Notes under the pieces: model-generated
Told to the model about the DNA's origin: nothing
Databases searched by the model: none
The model's input: the letters and a program-made list of their open reading frames with translations, nothing else
NCBI RefSeq assembly: GCF_001194135.2
Contig: NC_068981.1
Coordinates: 44,880,059 to 44,944,058, forward strand
Direction of reading: 5' to 3'
Origin: Octopus bimaculoides
Taxonomy: Eukaryota
DNA: 64,000 bases
Position numbers and translations under genes: made by a program
In this document: piece by piece, positions 1 through 13,285 of the stretch
Numbering within the stretch: the first letter of the stretch is position 1
Layout of the letters: each line of letters begins with the position of its first letter

Positions 1-1653
1 GTACTCCTACTTGTTGACTCCAATTTTTAAAAAAAATATACACACACACATGCCGATTTCTGTTAGTTAAATTATGTTTGTAAAATATTTCAACATCTAA
101 AGTTAAATTCACTGTAGTTACCATGAAGATAAATTTCTTTCTTATGGTGAAAATTGTAACAAAAATACATATCTGTTCACTGTTACCGTCTATGAGATTA
201 CCTACCAGACGCTTCAGTATACGCTGAAATCATTTTCCTTTGATATTACTGGATCTAGACATTCACTTAAACAAAATTTATAGAGGGTGAACTCTAAAAT
301 TTTTCATGAAAATATGCTGTCATACTTACAAACAATGGAAACGTACAAGAAACTATAGACACAGATTAAGAACACATATTCTTCATTACTTTTGACACTT
401 ATTTCATATGTCTGCACGAAATTAGTTTTCCATTTTCGTGTATGTGTGTATTTGTGTCTGAGTGAATGTATAGAAAATAAAACAGATATATAACAAAAAT
501 AGACACTTTTGTCTCCGGCATTAATCAACATTTGAAGGTAATTACTCTTCCAGTAATATTTTTAACTTTGCTTGTATATGTATGTGCGTATCTGTATTAT
601 GTATGTATGTGCATGTTGCATTGTGTGTGCGTATGCGTGTTGCACTTTACGCACTTGTATGTATCTATGTAAGTATATATACGCATGTTTATATTTACTG
701 TCATACATGTATATAAATATTCATCGATGTATGTGTACATAAATACATACATATTCTGATTTTCATTTAACTTCAAAGGATATTTTAAATTTTTTAGTGT
801 ATAACTCCTGTGATATTATGCTAAGCATAAGAATTAAAAATGTACAAACGCGTTTGTTAATATCGTTTTTAATTGAAGTAAATCAGTTCAAGGGAAGCAG
901 AAGTTGAGTGATGGAATAAATTATCTGAGTGAAATGATACGAGATAGACTTGAGCTAATTATGTTCGAAATAAAAAATACGACTCATTGTATAAATGCGT
1001 ATAATTCTAAAAAAAAAATTCGAACAAAAAAAAATAATGTAAGGGGAACCAAATAGTAAAACAATTTCATCTATAGAATTATGTGTTTGTGTATAAGTAA
1101 GTGGTGTGTTTGGGTGTGCGTGTGTGCGCGCGCGTGTGTCTGTGTGCAAGCATGCGTGATGGTGTAAAAGATTAGGCTTGTGTGAGTATATGTGTTGTTT
1201 CTGCGTTTGACAATGTGTGTTTTCTGGTCACGTCTGTAATGTCAGGTTGCAGAGTTTATACCCTACACCTCAGGTAATTTGCCGTGTGTGCGAGTGAGTA
1301 TTGAAGCGAACAAATCCACGCAAGCGAAGGACCGTACAAACCTATTGTGCGTACGCACAAGTGAACAAGGGATAGGTTGTGATACGGATTTCTGAGTGGT
1401 TATACATATTTTGCATGTATTTCTCTCTGTATATATATATNNNNNNNNNNNNNNNNNNNNNNNNNNNNNNNNNNNNNNNNNNNNNNNNNNNNNNNNNNNN
1501 NNNNNNNNNNNNNNNNNNNNNNNNNNNNNNNNNNNNNNNNNNNNNNNNNNGTGTGTGTGTGTGTGCGTGTGTGTGTGTGTGTGCGTGCGTGTGTATAATA
1601 TAGAAACTATGTTACTTGCATGAAATACATTCTTTTGTTATATACACATAATA

Positions 1654-1782
1654 GGCGCAGGTGTGGGTATGTGGTAAGAAATTTGATTCCTAGCGACATC
1701 ATTCCAGGTTCAGTCCCACTGCGTGGCACCTTGACAAGTGTGTACTACTACAGCCTCCGGCCGGCCACAGTTTGTGAGCGGG
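1654..1782 (+). mobile_element. tRNA-derived CORE-type SINE (octopus OR-like), degenerate
   Basis: tRNA-like head GGCGCAGGTGTGGGTATGTGGTAAG...GGTTCAGTCCCACTGCGTGGCACCTTGACAAGTG; homologous to copies at 44167 and 62365 in this window. Confidence 0.7.
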
Positions 1783-2422
1783 TTTGCTTTTATACGTGCT
1801 TGTACTTAGATTCTTCTGTAACAGTTTTATGGATTCTTCAAAAAACGTAAGTGTAAAATACGCGAGTGTGAAGATGTGGATATATTTGTGCGTATATCAA
1901 ATAGAATTCTACATGTATCTGATTTTATTGGTTGAATCTGTGTTTGGGTGGGTTTACATTGTTGTAAGTGCGTCAAACAGAGGAATTTTGTGGATATGTA
2001 CCTGACGGGTTGGGTCGCGTAAACTTCAGTCGACTTCGTGTTTCACGTTAAATTTCTACATATATTGGCGGCCATATGTTAAGAGCGATGGAGATTTCAT
2101 GTTATATATGTTAGAGGTTTAGAGATTGTAAAATGTATCAAAATGGGGCAAATATATATATAGTACCAGTTGTCATAGTGCACAACACGGAGAACGGCAA
2201 AGTTAAGCTAATACAAACATTCGGAATTCCTGGTTACAGTAGCCAGCAGAGAAAGAATCGTAAGAAACAGACGTGTTTGATGCAAAGCCAGATATGACAA
2301 GAAAATCACCCGCGATGATATTGAGAGATTTACATTTGAATGAATGAATCAAATATAGAAATGGAGTGAGCCCTTGTGTCGTGAAAATGTTCTAGTGTTT
2401 TTAAAGCAGTGATATATATACA

Positions 2423-3821
2423 TACACATGCAAGAAGTATATATACACCTTTAAATTTCAAAACCTTTTATTTCATACACAAAGCGAACAATTGAAATGT
2501 AATCGATAGGTAGGACTACGTACTTTAGTATTTAGTTGACATCACCTTTGCAGTTTTTAATTCAGAAACTATTTTTGGCATTGAACTGATGAGCTTTGTG
2601 ATTGTCTCTTGTGGAATTTCTGCCAACTTTTCACGGAGCAATCGAAACAATTCATCTTCAGATTTAGGTTTCTGTGGAGTTCTTCGTATAGCTCTATCAA
2701 GTATGCTCCAACGATTTTCAATTGGGATCATGTCAGGAGATTGGCTTGGCCAAGGAAGCTTGTTGATCCCATTTTCAGTCAGCCATTGTTGATTTCTTTT
2801 CGCTGTGTTACATGGCGCCCCATCTTATTTCTTTATTGCCCACAAGGGGCTAAACATAGAGGGGACAAACAAGGACAGACAAAGGGGTTAAGTCGATTAC
2901 ATCGACCCCAGTGCGTGGTACTTAATTTATCGACCCCGAAAGGATGAAAGGCAAAGTTGACCTCGGCGGAATTTGAACTCAGAACGTAACGGCAAACGAA
3001 ATACCGCTAAGCATTTCGTCCGGCGTGCCATCTTCCATGAATAAAAACTCATTTGTTTATGGTTCCAGCAGATTCCATCAGCTCAGAACGACCATTGCTG
3101 GAGACAGCTTCCCATACCATTACAGAGATACCGCCATATTTCACAGCTGGTTTGTTTAAAATCAAATTCTTGATTGGGAAACCTCCAGTCCCAAACACGT
3201 CCACTGTCTGAAAATAATGCAAATCTGGATCCATCTGAGAAAATTACTCTATCCTAAAATGAACTGGATTTTTCTGACATCTCCTTAGCCCATTTCTTTC
3301 TTTTCATGTTATTAATTGATTGAAGGAGAGGTTTTCTTCCAGCTTCGCGTCCATAATACCTAAGCTTATGTAGATATGTAACACACGTTCTTGGACTAAC
3401 TTCAAGGTGTTTTGTAATGTCCGAATCCTTCGAACGTGGTTCGTTTTCCACAATTCTCTTCAAACAGCGATGCTTCTGTTCCCAGGGGCCAGGTCAGCTA
3501 GGACGAGAATATGTTGATTCTTCTCCTTGGCGTTTGAATTGCATTATAATTCTATTAACAGTAGCAAGAGGAATTCGAAGATTTTCGGGAACTTTTCACT
3601 GGTTAATCCCAGCCTCAGATTGCCCAACAATAAGACCTCTTTGAAAATCTAATAGTTCTGCTGTACATTGTGTGCGTGGTATGGTTATCCTTCGTAAATG
3701 TTTAATATAATGGCACCTGGAATGAAAAAGAATAATTACATTGTAAATTCTACACTACATATTAAGACGTTTAGAACAGAAATTTTGAAAATTAAAGGTG
3801 TCTATTTACTTCCTATATGTA
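2423..3821 (-). mobile_element. Tc1-family (DD34E) DNA transposon, degenerate, both TIRs present
   Basis: Minus-strand frames give an HTH N-terminus (ELLDFQRGLIVG...), IFSDGSRF (D1), DGAPCNTAK (D2) and WPSQSPDMIPIENRW with exactly 34 residues between D2 and E. Imperfect TIRs: AGAAGTATATATACACCTTTAAATTTCAAAA (~2433-2463) vs reverse complement of TTTTGAAAATTAAAGGTGTCTATTTACTTCC (~3783-3813). Stops, frameshifts and an internal deletion. Confidence 0.92.
2827..3027 (-). mobile_element. tRNA-derived SINE (abundant octopus family A), 5'-truncated, inserted in the Tc1 transposase
   Basis: Contains TTCTGAGTTCAAATTCCGCCGAGGTCAACTTTGCCTTTCATCC on the minus strand, shared with several copies in the window; flanked by 7-bp direct repeat CCATCTT (2820-2826 and 3028-3034). 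Confidence 0.92.
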
Positions 3822-4900
3822 TATACATATATATANNNNNNNNNNNNNNNNNNNNNNNNNNNNNNNNNNNNNNNNNNNNNNNNNNNNNNNNTATATATGA
3901 AAGTTACTAGAATAACATTCTTGCTTCAGTGCAACAATTTCCTATAAGAATCAACGTCTCGGCAGGAAGTAATTCGAAGGTGGTTGTCTTAAACACAAAA
4001 TGAACCAACAATCAAGAAAGCCACATAAACAAGTGCAGATATGGAATTTCTTTCTATAGAAGAAAATGATCACATGAGAGCTGTATCAAAGGTAAAATGT
4101 CGTGGGTGACACCAGTATTCCCGCAGTTACACGTCCGAAACAAAAAGAAAAACATTATATACATGCATGTGTATACACATTTGTGTGTGTGGTGTGTATG
4201 CGTTTGTGTATACACATACTAACACACACAAACATCAGTGCACTTTTCATGAAACAAAATATATTCTACATACGAAACATTTTTTTAGGCATAGGCCATA
4301 GTACTAATAGCATGAAATAAATAGTCGTAGGAGAAAAAAGAAATGAAATGAAACAACAAACATATATATAATAAAAACAAAAAAATGATAGAACGATAGG
4401 ATTCGGTAGAAAGTGGCAAAGCTTCATAGAAATAAGCAGCTGAAACAGGAAATTATGAGAAAGCGATATCACGGACAAGTATGCAAGCAATCGTGAATAT
4501 ACGTGCAGTCTAAAATAGTATGTAATGGAAATTCCATTTGCCTCATTCCATAAGGCTGATTTTTTTATAGTTCGGTGATAAGATAGTATATATTAGCTTA
4601 AGCATACCAGAAAGCGGCTAAATGTCAATTGGCTCTGGCACATGACGTATAAATATAAGTATTAGACTGGTGAGAGTGAATAGTCGAGGTCTTTAGAACG
4701 GAAAATTCATGTTTTCTTAGTGGAATTTTACATACTTATCTAAAGTATCCCGCAAAAACGATTACTTCACAATAATCATTTTGCAATCTACCAATGTACG
4801 TGCTCATATTTTAATTGTAATACCTATGAACGAAATATATATTTTCTTCATCAAATTTAATTCACTCACATGACAATATATGTTTGGTTCACTGTATAAG

Positions 4901-4948
4901 TATGTATGTATGCATGTATGTATGTATGTATGTATGTATGTATGTATA
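4901..4948. repeat. (TATG)n microsatellite
   Basis: Direct reading of tandem TATG units. Confidence 0.9.
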
Positions 4949-7067
4949 TCCGTCAATAATAGCAGATAAAATTCTGTTCGCAAGAGTTTAATCTGTAGCT
5001 GTTGTAGAGATTCATGACTGAAATATGGTAATTCAATAGTGTTACTAGCTGCAGAGATGATATATGATTGCTTAATGGCTACATGCTTAATGTGTTATTG
5101 GCGTATATTGTAGTGAAATTAATCAAGTAATTGACTATATATAGATACGTCATAAAACGTTCAGGTGTTGTATTCAAGAAATCCACTGATGTTTTAAAAT
5201 GATATTCGATATATTTCTTGTCTTTGTTTATTTTTCTGATTTTCTTTTGATATATTGGCATATACTGGCACCATTTTTAAGCAATTTGCTTCTCGACTGG
5301 AACTGTTATTCTATAGTGTCCCTGCGAGGTTACACTGAAGATCATACGCTGAGATAAATGTCGATCACAGCCTGAGTAATATAGAAATAAAACCCGTTAA
5401 CAGATTATTGGCTTTATTTCGACATTTGTTCGTTGTTTGCGTAGGTGGAAAATATGATATTCTGTGTTTACTTCGGGTGTTTACTTGATGTTATAAGAGT
5501 ATTTGTCGATAAACGAATAAACATCTTTATTTTTAAGTACACTACGTAGCTGAAAGCATATTTGGCGTAGTAGGAGAATCATCAAATATTTTTAATACTG
5601 GTAAATTTATATTGTTTGATTAAGCCTTGCTAATCCGATTCTCGACTTTCCACGCTTATGGAGTAATTGAAGAATCATTCACGTTAGCTAGCTACTCAGT
5701 GATAAATGTCTGTTTAATGTAATGTATGTAATATCAAAAATGCCTCTGGAAAACAATACTATTGATATACTTGATTTTGTGACAACCATCTGTGATTGTG
5801 AATAGACGTGGAGTAAGTGCCTGATAGGCAAACGGTGCCCCCTTGTTTGTTGTACAATTGATGTACTGCTTACTTATCCTATGATTTAATGCAATATCTA
5901 AGTCCAGTATATTTAGATTCCTGTTTCTCCTTAAAAGTGTTATATTTAAAACAAATATATCACAAGTCATTGTAGCATATGTCAAATTATTGAAACTCGT
6001 ATATAAAGGACTTGAAATATATCTGAATGTTTTTAATAATCTGTTTTTGCTTAATATGGATGAGTAGGCTGAGAACAAACATAAACATAAAATTCGCATC
6101 AATCAAGGAAACGATACGTGAGACCTCGGGTAAGTAACGGTTTGTGTATGTGTGTAGAATCCACAGTAGAGTAGCAAAAGAAGTATTTGAGTTTATTTAT
6201 ACAATAAATCTACGTTACGTTTCGAGCATCCCCTCGATGACATACCCTACTATTCAAAGTATAAACATACGCTCACAAATACACATACATATAAAATATC
6301 GTTTACACACACAGACACAGACATACACACACACACACGCACACACACACATACACACACACGCACACACACNNNNNNNNNNNNNNNNNNNNNNNNNNNN
6401 NNNNNNNNNNNNNNNNNNNNNNNNNNNNNNNNNNNNNNNNNNNNNNNNNNNNNNNNNNNNNNNNNNNNNNNNNNNNNNTATATATATATATATATGTATG
6501 TATGTTCGAAAGTTATACCATGGTGTGCAGACAGAATGACATTAGACGGTATGAAGAAACAATAACAGAAATAGCAAGAGAAATGAAAGAAGGACGTAAT
6601 TGATACGTATTATCGCAAACATATTTCAGAATATAAAATCAAGGATATATGATTTCAAAGACAAATGCATAATGTAAATAAAGACAATTTTCTTCTCGAA
6701 AATGCAAAAATAAACTCTTCATATATATTGCTGCAAATACAAAAGTAATCCAATCAAAATAATTGTGGTTCAGAGCAGAGATAATAATCATTGCGCACAT
6801 GACATGAAAGTCTTATGAATGTAATGTACGCAAAAAAATATCGATTTATTGATTGTTTCTATGTGGCTATCATACAAAAATGATCATAGATATGTTTTTC
6901 CCTTTTGTTTTGCAAGTGTAGATGAGGTTTCTTTTTAGTAGTCTTTCCATATATGAAGGGTCATAATTCGCGATATTTAATACGTGCACAACTAGAGTAA
7001 ATTATGTTAAAGTGTATTTTGTGTAAGATTGGGTGTGGTTGTGTATACATACATGTATACAAACACA

Positions 7068-7157
<90 letters not shown>

Positions 7158-9668
7158 NNNNNNNNNNTATATATAGATACATACACATACACACACATAT
7201 ATATACGCACACACACACACATATATATATATATGGATAGATAGATAGATAATATGTGTGTATATTTATCTGTGTGGGTTTGTGTGTGTGAGTATTTATA
7301 TATATATATACATACATACATACATACTTACATACATACATTCATACATATGCACATATATATTCGGTTATATAATTTCTTATATGCTTTATTACTGTTT
7401 GCTTCATTCGTCGTGATTATTGTTGTTCTAATCATCTAATCTTCATATGCTTGCTTTTATGGTAGGTTGGATGGAATGTACAATTGTGCCGGGATTATGA
7501 AAAAATAACAGTAAATAGTGAAAGTCTGTAGTGCATTATTTACATAATGATTTAAGTGATTTTCTATGTTTCGACTACTTTGAGATTTTTATACACGTAT
7601 ATAGTAAATGTTCTATTTTTATATCATTCTATAACTTTTAACTTTGTTTTTCACTTCTGTAACAAGTGTAAGATGCTGTCTGTGCATATCTATATTCGAA
7701 AAAAAAAATGTCTTAGACCACATCTCCTCACTTGAAGAGATCCACCGTTATATGTACTTACTCGGGCTCAAATCGAAATTTCATTTCATTAAACTTATCA
7801 TTTCTCAGGCTGACTTCAGCAAATTACAATACTCTGGCAACTAACATTATTTGAGACCTGGTTAGATCTTCACTGGTTGTAGTGGACCTAATTTTCATAC
7901 ATATTTGTATCATTTATTTTTGTTTTGTCCTTTTCTTTTTCAATTCATGTTTTAGGCTTCGGAGATGCACTCTGTTTTTGTCTCTATAAATCCGTGTTCT
8001 TTTTATTAGTTATTTGTTTAAAAATTAGTAAAAATAACAAAAAAAAAACAATACTGAACGTATGACGAATGTTCCGTTTGACAAATATCGTTGTGTTTTA
8101 AGCAGGAACGTTTCGAAGAAATATTTACAAATGAAAACATAAATAAAAGTTTCGCAATAACTGCAAACTGATTAAATAAATAAAGGAATCAAAACAAAAT
8201 AGAATTGCCTTATCATATGCAAAACATATCTGGATCAAAGCTGGAGCCGAGAACCTTGCTATTGCATCTTAGTTTCGTATCTTACACAACACACACCACT
8301 AATGGGATACAATGCTGCAGAATACATTGAATTGACATAACTATCCAAATCTAAATTAGGGATAATTTAGTTACAGGTATATGAGAGTTTTAACACTCCT
8401 ACACAGTAAATTAGGTCATCAAACGTGAGTATGTAGAACCTTGCAATGGGTCTCAGGAATGTAAATTGCGACTATACGCTTGCCTATGCCAATCCACACA
8501 ATCTTCATTCAACACCATTCAAACGGTTATTGTAAAGTCCGTCCACTCAAAATAATCTTATAAGTGATCAAATTATTAGTTCCAACATATTATTCTGTAT
8601 GTTTAACGCAGTATACATCGCATATATCTGGATATGGAAATCAGCAGATCACTTGATCTAAATTTAGAGAGACCCGATATAATGACGTTTTATGTTCACA
8701 GGATAGAAATATAATTAAGATAATATAAACGGCAGAAATGCAACCAGTAATAACAGAATAAACACAAGAGTGATGTTTACAGAAATCAAAACACATTAGC
8801 ATCACTAAATATGTAGCATAAATCAAAGTATAAAAAACAAAAATCCCACCAAAAATTTCAAAGATTTATATATCGTTGTCGACGTATTCGTCTTAACCAT
8901 CGCATGGTTCTAATATTTTTGTATGTGTCAGCGTCTCAGACTGTGACGAAGCATTTTTATCCATCAATAGGAAAGGTATATTGAGACCATCACGTAATGC
9001 GTTGGCAGAATATATGATTCCTAACCTCTCCCTTATATTAGGGAACAAAAATCAGGTGATCCTTCGCAAAATACATACTAATGGTGTTGTGCATCATCAA
9101 TGCAATGTATGCATTAGACACTTCGCTCGAGAAAGGCTTCCACTCAGTTCACTCCTGAGTAAGAATGGCCACACTGCTTGCAAGCTCTTCTTAATTTCTA
9201 TCCATTTTTAGGTTTCTCCAGAACCAGACTGCGAGCATATTCACCGGTGATAGAAATCACTAATGACCGATATGCTTGCATCTCAATATGCTTTGTAGCA
9301 CGTAGTTATTGATCTGAATTTTTCTATTACTTCCCTTTTGTTTGGGTTCTTCATTCTCAATTTAAACCCTGCCTGGTTCACACAAAGTAAAAATGCTCCA
9401 AGCCGATAGACGGTTTCATAGTTCTTTTAATTTCCTATCCGGTGGTTGCGGAATATCATTCCGGTAGTGCTCAATATCCGGTGTTTTAGGTCCACTGTTC
9501 TACAAAAACTTTTCGGTGTTATGGCTAAAACTCTATACTCATTTGTTGTGAATCGGAGAAAAGACACTTTCTAAGGTCTATCTTAACTCAAATGTTAACC
9601 TTGTAGCAATGACGTGCCTACACCTTTCATGTGTATGGAAGGTTTTTTTTTATACCTTCTCGTCTCAG

Positions 9669-9753
9669 ATTGCGATTCCCAGATAACGCAATCACTGTGT
9701 CTCACGTCAAAAAATGGCTGATAGCTTCATTTCTCTTGTATCATGACTTTGAG
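9669..9753 (+). other. Candidate internal exon (unverified), 85 nt
   Basis: Pyrimidine tract TTTTTTTATACCTTCTCGTCTCAG| acceptor, GAG|GTAACT donor, one open frame (LRFPDNAITVSHVKKWLIASFLLYHDFE); no recognisable homology. Confidence 0.2.
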
Positions 9754-10572
9754 GTAACTCCTCTATGAGGCTTTTCTAAGGGCTGACTCGTTTCGCTTCT
9801 ACTCACTGTTCCCTACAGAAGTTTCTCTGTCTTTTCCTTTATTTGTATCACAAATTCATGCTATAAGTGGCCAGCTGCAACAATATGTGTACAAATTAAA
9901 CTAAATATATGTACTAGCCTGAAAAAACATATTTGAATATTAAACGACCACACAGCCCACTACACGTTAACCATGTAAACAATAGTGCAGTAGGAAAAGC
10001 GAGGACAAACATTTCAGACAATCAGAAATGTCTGAGACATTATACAAGGATTTGTCACCTCGATGTCCTATCTTCCATTTAATCTACTTCGCAAATTAAC
10101 AATGAAGAATACGATGTTCTGAAGAATTCTCCTGGCATTTAATGACATCCAGAAGCGTGCTCCAGTCTGAGCATTAATGAGTGCTCGTCTGAAGTCTCTA
10201 CTCTCGCTTTCAATGCTGCTCACGTACGTCCGTGAGGGCCAACTTACCTGTTGTGTGTAAGAAAACTGTGTTCAGCTTACATCTAGTCCTTTACAAAACA
10301 ACCAGGCTGACTAAAGAGCATTTACACCTTCAAACTGTACGTTTACTTGTCTATCAAGAAACCTGAATAGTTTTCACATATTAGTTTGATAACAATAAAG
10401 AATGAATCTAGTGCAAAAAAAATATACACATGCACAAATAATTAATTCTGCATTTATGAAATGCACACGGACGTTTGCTGAGTTATGCAATTTAAGCAGA
10501 CAACTAAAACGAAAATGACGAATTCTTAATAATAAACTGATGAACATATATGGAACATGCTTTTTTTTCCAG

Positions 10573-10680
10573 GGGAATAGATCAATGCATGTCACACAAT
10601 GGAAGTAACCATATCACAAAGAAAAGCAAAATAGAAAACAATAGAATTGACAATACAAACCTATATAAAGTGAATCAGAG
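10573..10680 (+). other. Candidate internal exon (unverified), 108 nt, symmetric phase
   Basis: TTTTTTTTCCAG| acceptor and GAG|GTAAGT donor; one open frame (GIDQCMSHNGSNHITKKSKIENNRIDNTNLYKVNQ); no recognisable homology. Confidence 0.25.
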
Positions 10681-10938
10681 GTAAGTTAGAAGCACAGAAG
10701 TATATGCTCAATATTCAACAGCTTGTATGTCTGAAATATATCCGGTGCATGCAATGGTACACGCTGCTGAACATTTAATAAAAATAATCATGCGGATGAA
10801 AGCCTTGGTGGTCAGAAACTTTGATTATGGAACTAAAACTGGAGTCGTATGGTCTTGTATTCGTCCATACCCATGTCCAAGTCGACATTGATGAGACTGC
10901 CATATCATTGAATCCATTTTAATATTAACAAACATAAA

Positions 10939-11130
10939 GGCGGCGAACTGGCAGAACCGTTAACTTGCCTCAGAAAATGCTTTGCAGTATTTCGTCCGTC
11001 ATTAGATCTGAGTTCAAATTCCACCGAGGCTGATTTGCTTCCATCCATCCCTTGTCGACAAATAAGTATCAGTTAAACAATGAATTCAATATCTTCCAAA
11101 AATTTTGACCTTGTACCACAATTTGAAACC
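10939..11130 (+). mobile_element. SINE family A copy
   Basis: GGCGGCGAACTGGCAGAACCG head, CTGAGTTCAAATTCCACCGAGG B-box region, AAATAAGTATCAGTT body. Confidence 0.8.
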
Positions 11131-11689
11131 TATATTAACGAACCTTATTTTCTCTTTAGTGTACTGTTATTTTCAGAAAACAATCTTGACACAAGCATAC
11201 TTCTGGGAAGGTACATCGTGGTTTGTGATAGATTTATTTTAAGATATTTCTTGCTATTTTTGACTCCTCATTAGATAACACAATATGCAGTAGTTTGCTC
11301 AAACAATTTTAAATTGATAAATATAGTTGCAGGAATATCCATTGAAATGATCGGTCTTCTCATTAATTTCACAGAATCAAGTGTTTATGGACACCCCGCC
11401 AACGTTTTGATGTTATCGTATACAAGAATTATAACGAACCATCAAATGATCGTGTAGAACACACGTGTAGCAAATTGCTTTGTCGCACAATGGGGCACTA
11501 GCGAAGAAAAATACAATGAGTAATAGACAGAAAATATGTTAGTGTAAATATGTATCGATAGGTTTAGGGTGATAGTGACAAGGACAAAGAGAGGGAAATG
11601 AAAGATTCCACGTAGATGACAAAGAAATCAAATACAATAAAAAAAAGGTTTATATTGTTCCTAAGGATTCTGCTACTTCTTAATTTAGC

Positions 11690-11940
11690 AGTCCTACTGC
11701 CACCGCTGCTTCTGTTGTTATTGCTGCTGATAATGTCAGTGTTGGTGGTAGTGGTGGTAGTGGAGGTGGTGGTGGTGGTGGTGATTATACGGGTGATGAT
11801 GTGGATGCTGCTGATGAAAACGGTGATATCACCGACGACGATGATAATGGTGATGATGATAATGGTGATGATGATAATGGTGATGATGATAATGGTGATG
11901 ATGATAATGATTACGACGACGACGAAGACGATGCAAAGTA
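11690..11940. repeat. Compound trinucleotide low-complexity tract (GCT/GGT/GAT) with a 12-bp GATGATAATGGT tandem unit
   Basis: Direct reading; about 5 copies of (GAT)GATAATGGTGAT near 11830-11890. Confidence 0.85.
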
Positions 11941-12161
11941 AAGATACAAAGATTGGGCAACAGTTTAAAATCAGTATAAGAAAAACGAAAAGTAAATCAT
12001 ACAAAAATCTAGTACACAGTAAAAGGCTTGTATTTTCTATAATTTTCTTCGTAATTTGCTCATATTATGCGATTTATCACATTCCATATATGTATACACA
12101 TCTATCTATCAAACTATGTATGTATGTATATATGTATGTATGTATCTATCTATCTATCTAT

Positions 12162-12196
<35 letters not shown>

Positions 12197-12585
12197 NNNN
12201 NNNNNNNNNNNNNNNNNNNNNNNNNNNNNNNNNNNNNNNNNNNNNNNNNNNNNNNNNNNNNNNNNNNNNNNNNNNNNNNNNNNNNNNNNNNNNNNNNNNN
12301 NNNNNNNNNNNNNNNNNNNNNNNNNNNNNNNNNNNNNNNNNNNNNNNNNNNNNNNNNNNNNNNNNNNNNNNNNNNNNNNNNNNNNNNNNNNNNNNNNNNN
12401 NNNNNNNNNNNNNNNNNNNNNNNNNNNNNNNNNNNNNNNNNNNNNNNNNNNNNNNNNNNNNNNNNNNNNNNNNNNNNNNNNNNNNNNNNNNNNNNNNNNN
12501 NNNNNNNNNNNNNNNNNNNNNNNNNNAAATATATACATAGATTTGTATACATCTATCTATCTTTATATCTCGCTATCTGTCTATA

Positions 12586-12685
<100 letters not shown>

Positions 12686-13138
12686 CATACGCATATGTAT
12701 AAATGTATGTATGTATATATGTACCTATGCATGTATGTATTCTGTCATCAAATGAATTATATATTTTTTATAGAGTTTTATATTTACGTATTCATTTGTA
12801 TGATTGTTCATTTATTTGTAATCCTACTGGTATATTTTCTGCTACAGTAAAGCAGTAATAGGAAATCAGTATTCAACTCTATAGAGAATATTGCAGCTAT
12901 TGTAATATAGCACAGATGATATGAATGCTTTTTCTCGTTTTCATTCAGATTTGCATTCAACACTCTAACAACAATGAGTAAAACGTTCACTTTGCATGAA
13001 TACGATTCTAAAGGAAAATCTCAATGATAGAGAAAATGAAGTGACTTCATGCACGATAGAAAAATGCAGCGAGAGAGGCAATACACACAAAACAGAGAGA
13101 CAGGCAGACATACAGACATACAGATAGGCAGACAGACA

Positions 13139-13145
13139 GATAGAG

Positions 13146-13194
<49 letters not shown>

Positions 13195-13228
13195 TATAGA
13201 TAGATAGATAGATAAGTAGGTAGGTAGG

Positions 13229-13281
<53 letters not shown>

Positions 13282-13285
13282 GGAT
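13139..13285. repeat. (TAGA)n microsatellite with a (TAGG)n interruption
   Basis: Direct reading. Confidence 0.95.

Noticed and set aside
4625-4660. ATTGG, TGACGT and TATAAATA in promoter-like order
   Set aside because: Short motifs are expected by chance in AT-rich DNA and no downstream gene is supported
5734-6102. 122-aa minus-strand ORF with NILDLDI, faintly like a PLE RT FLD motif
   Set aside because: No other RT motifs in register; composition is consistent with random AT-rich sequence
10242-10270. Minus-strand CAG|GTAAGT resembling a recursive splice site
   Set aside because: Pyrimidine tract is weak and the host gene and strand are unknown
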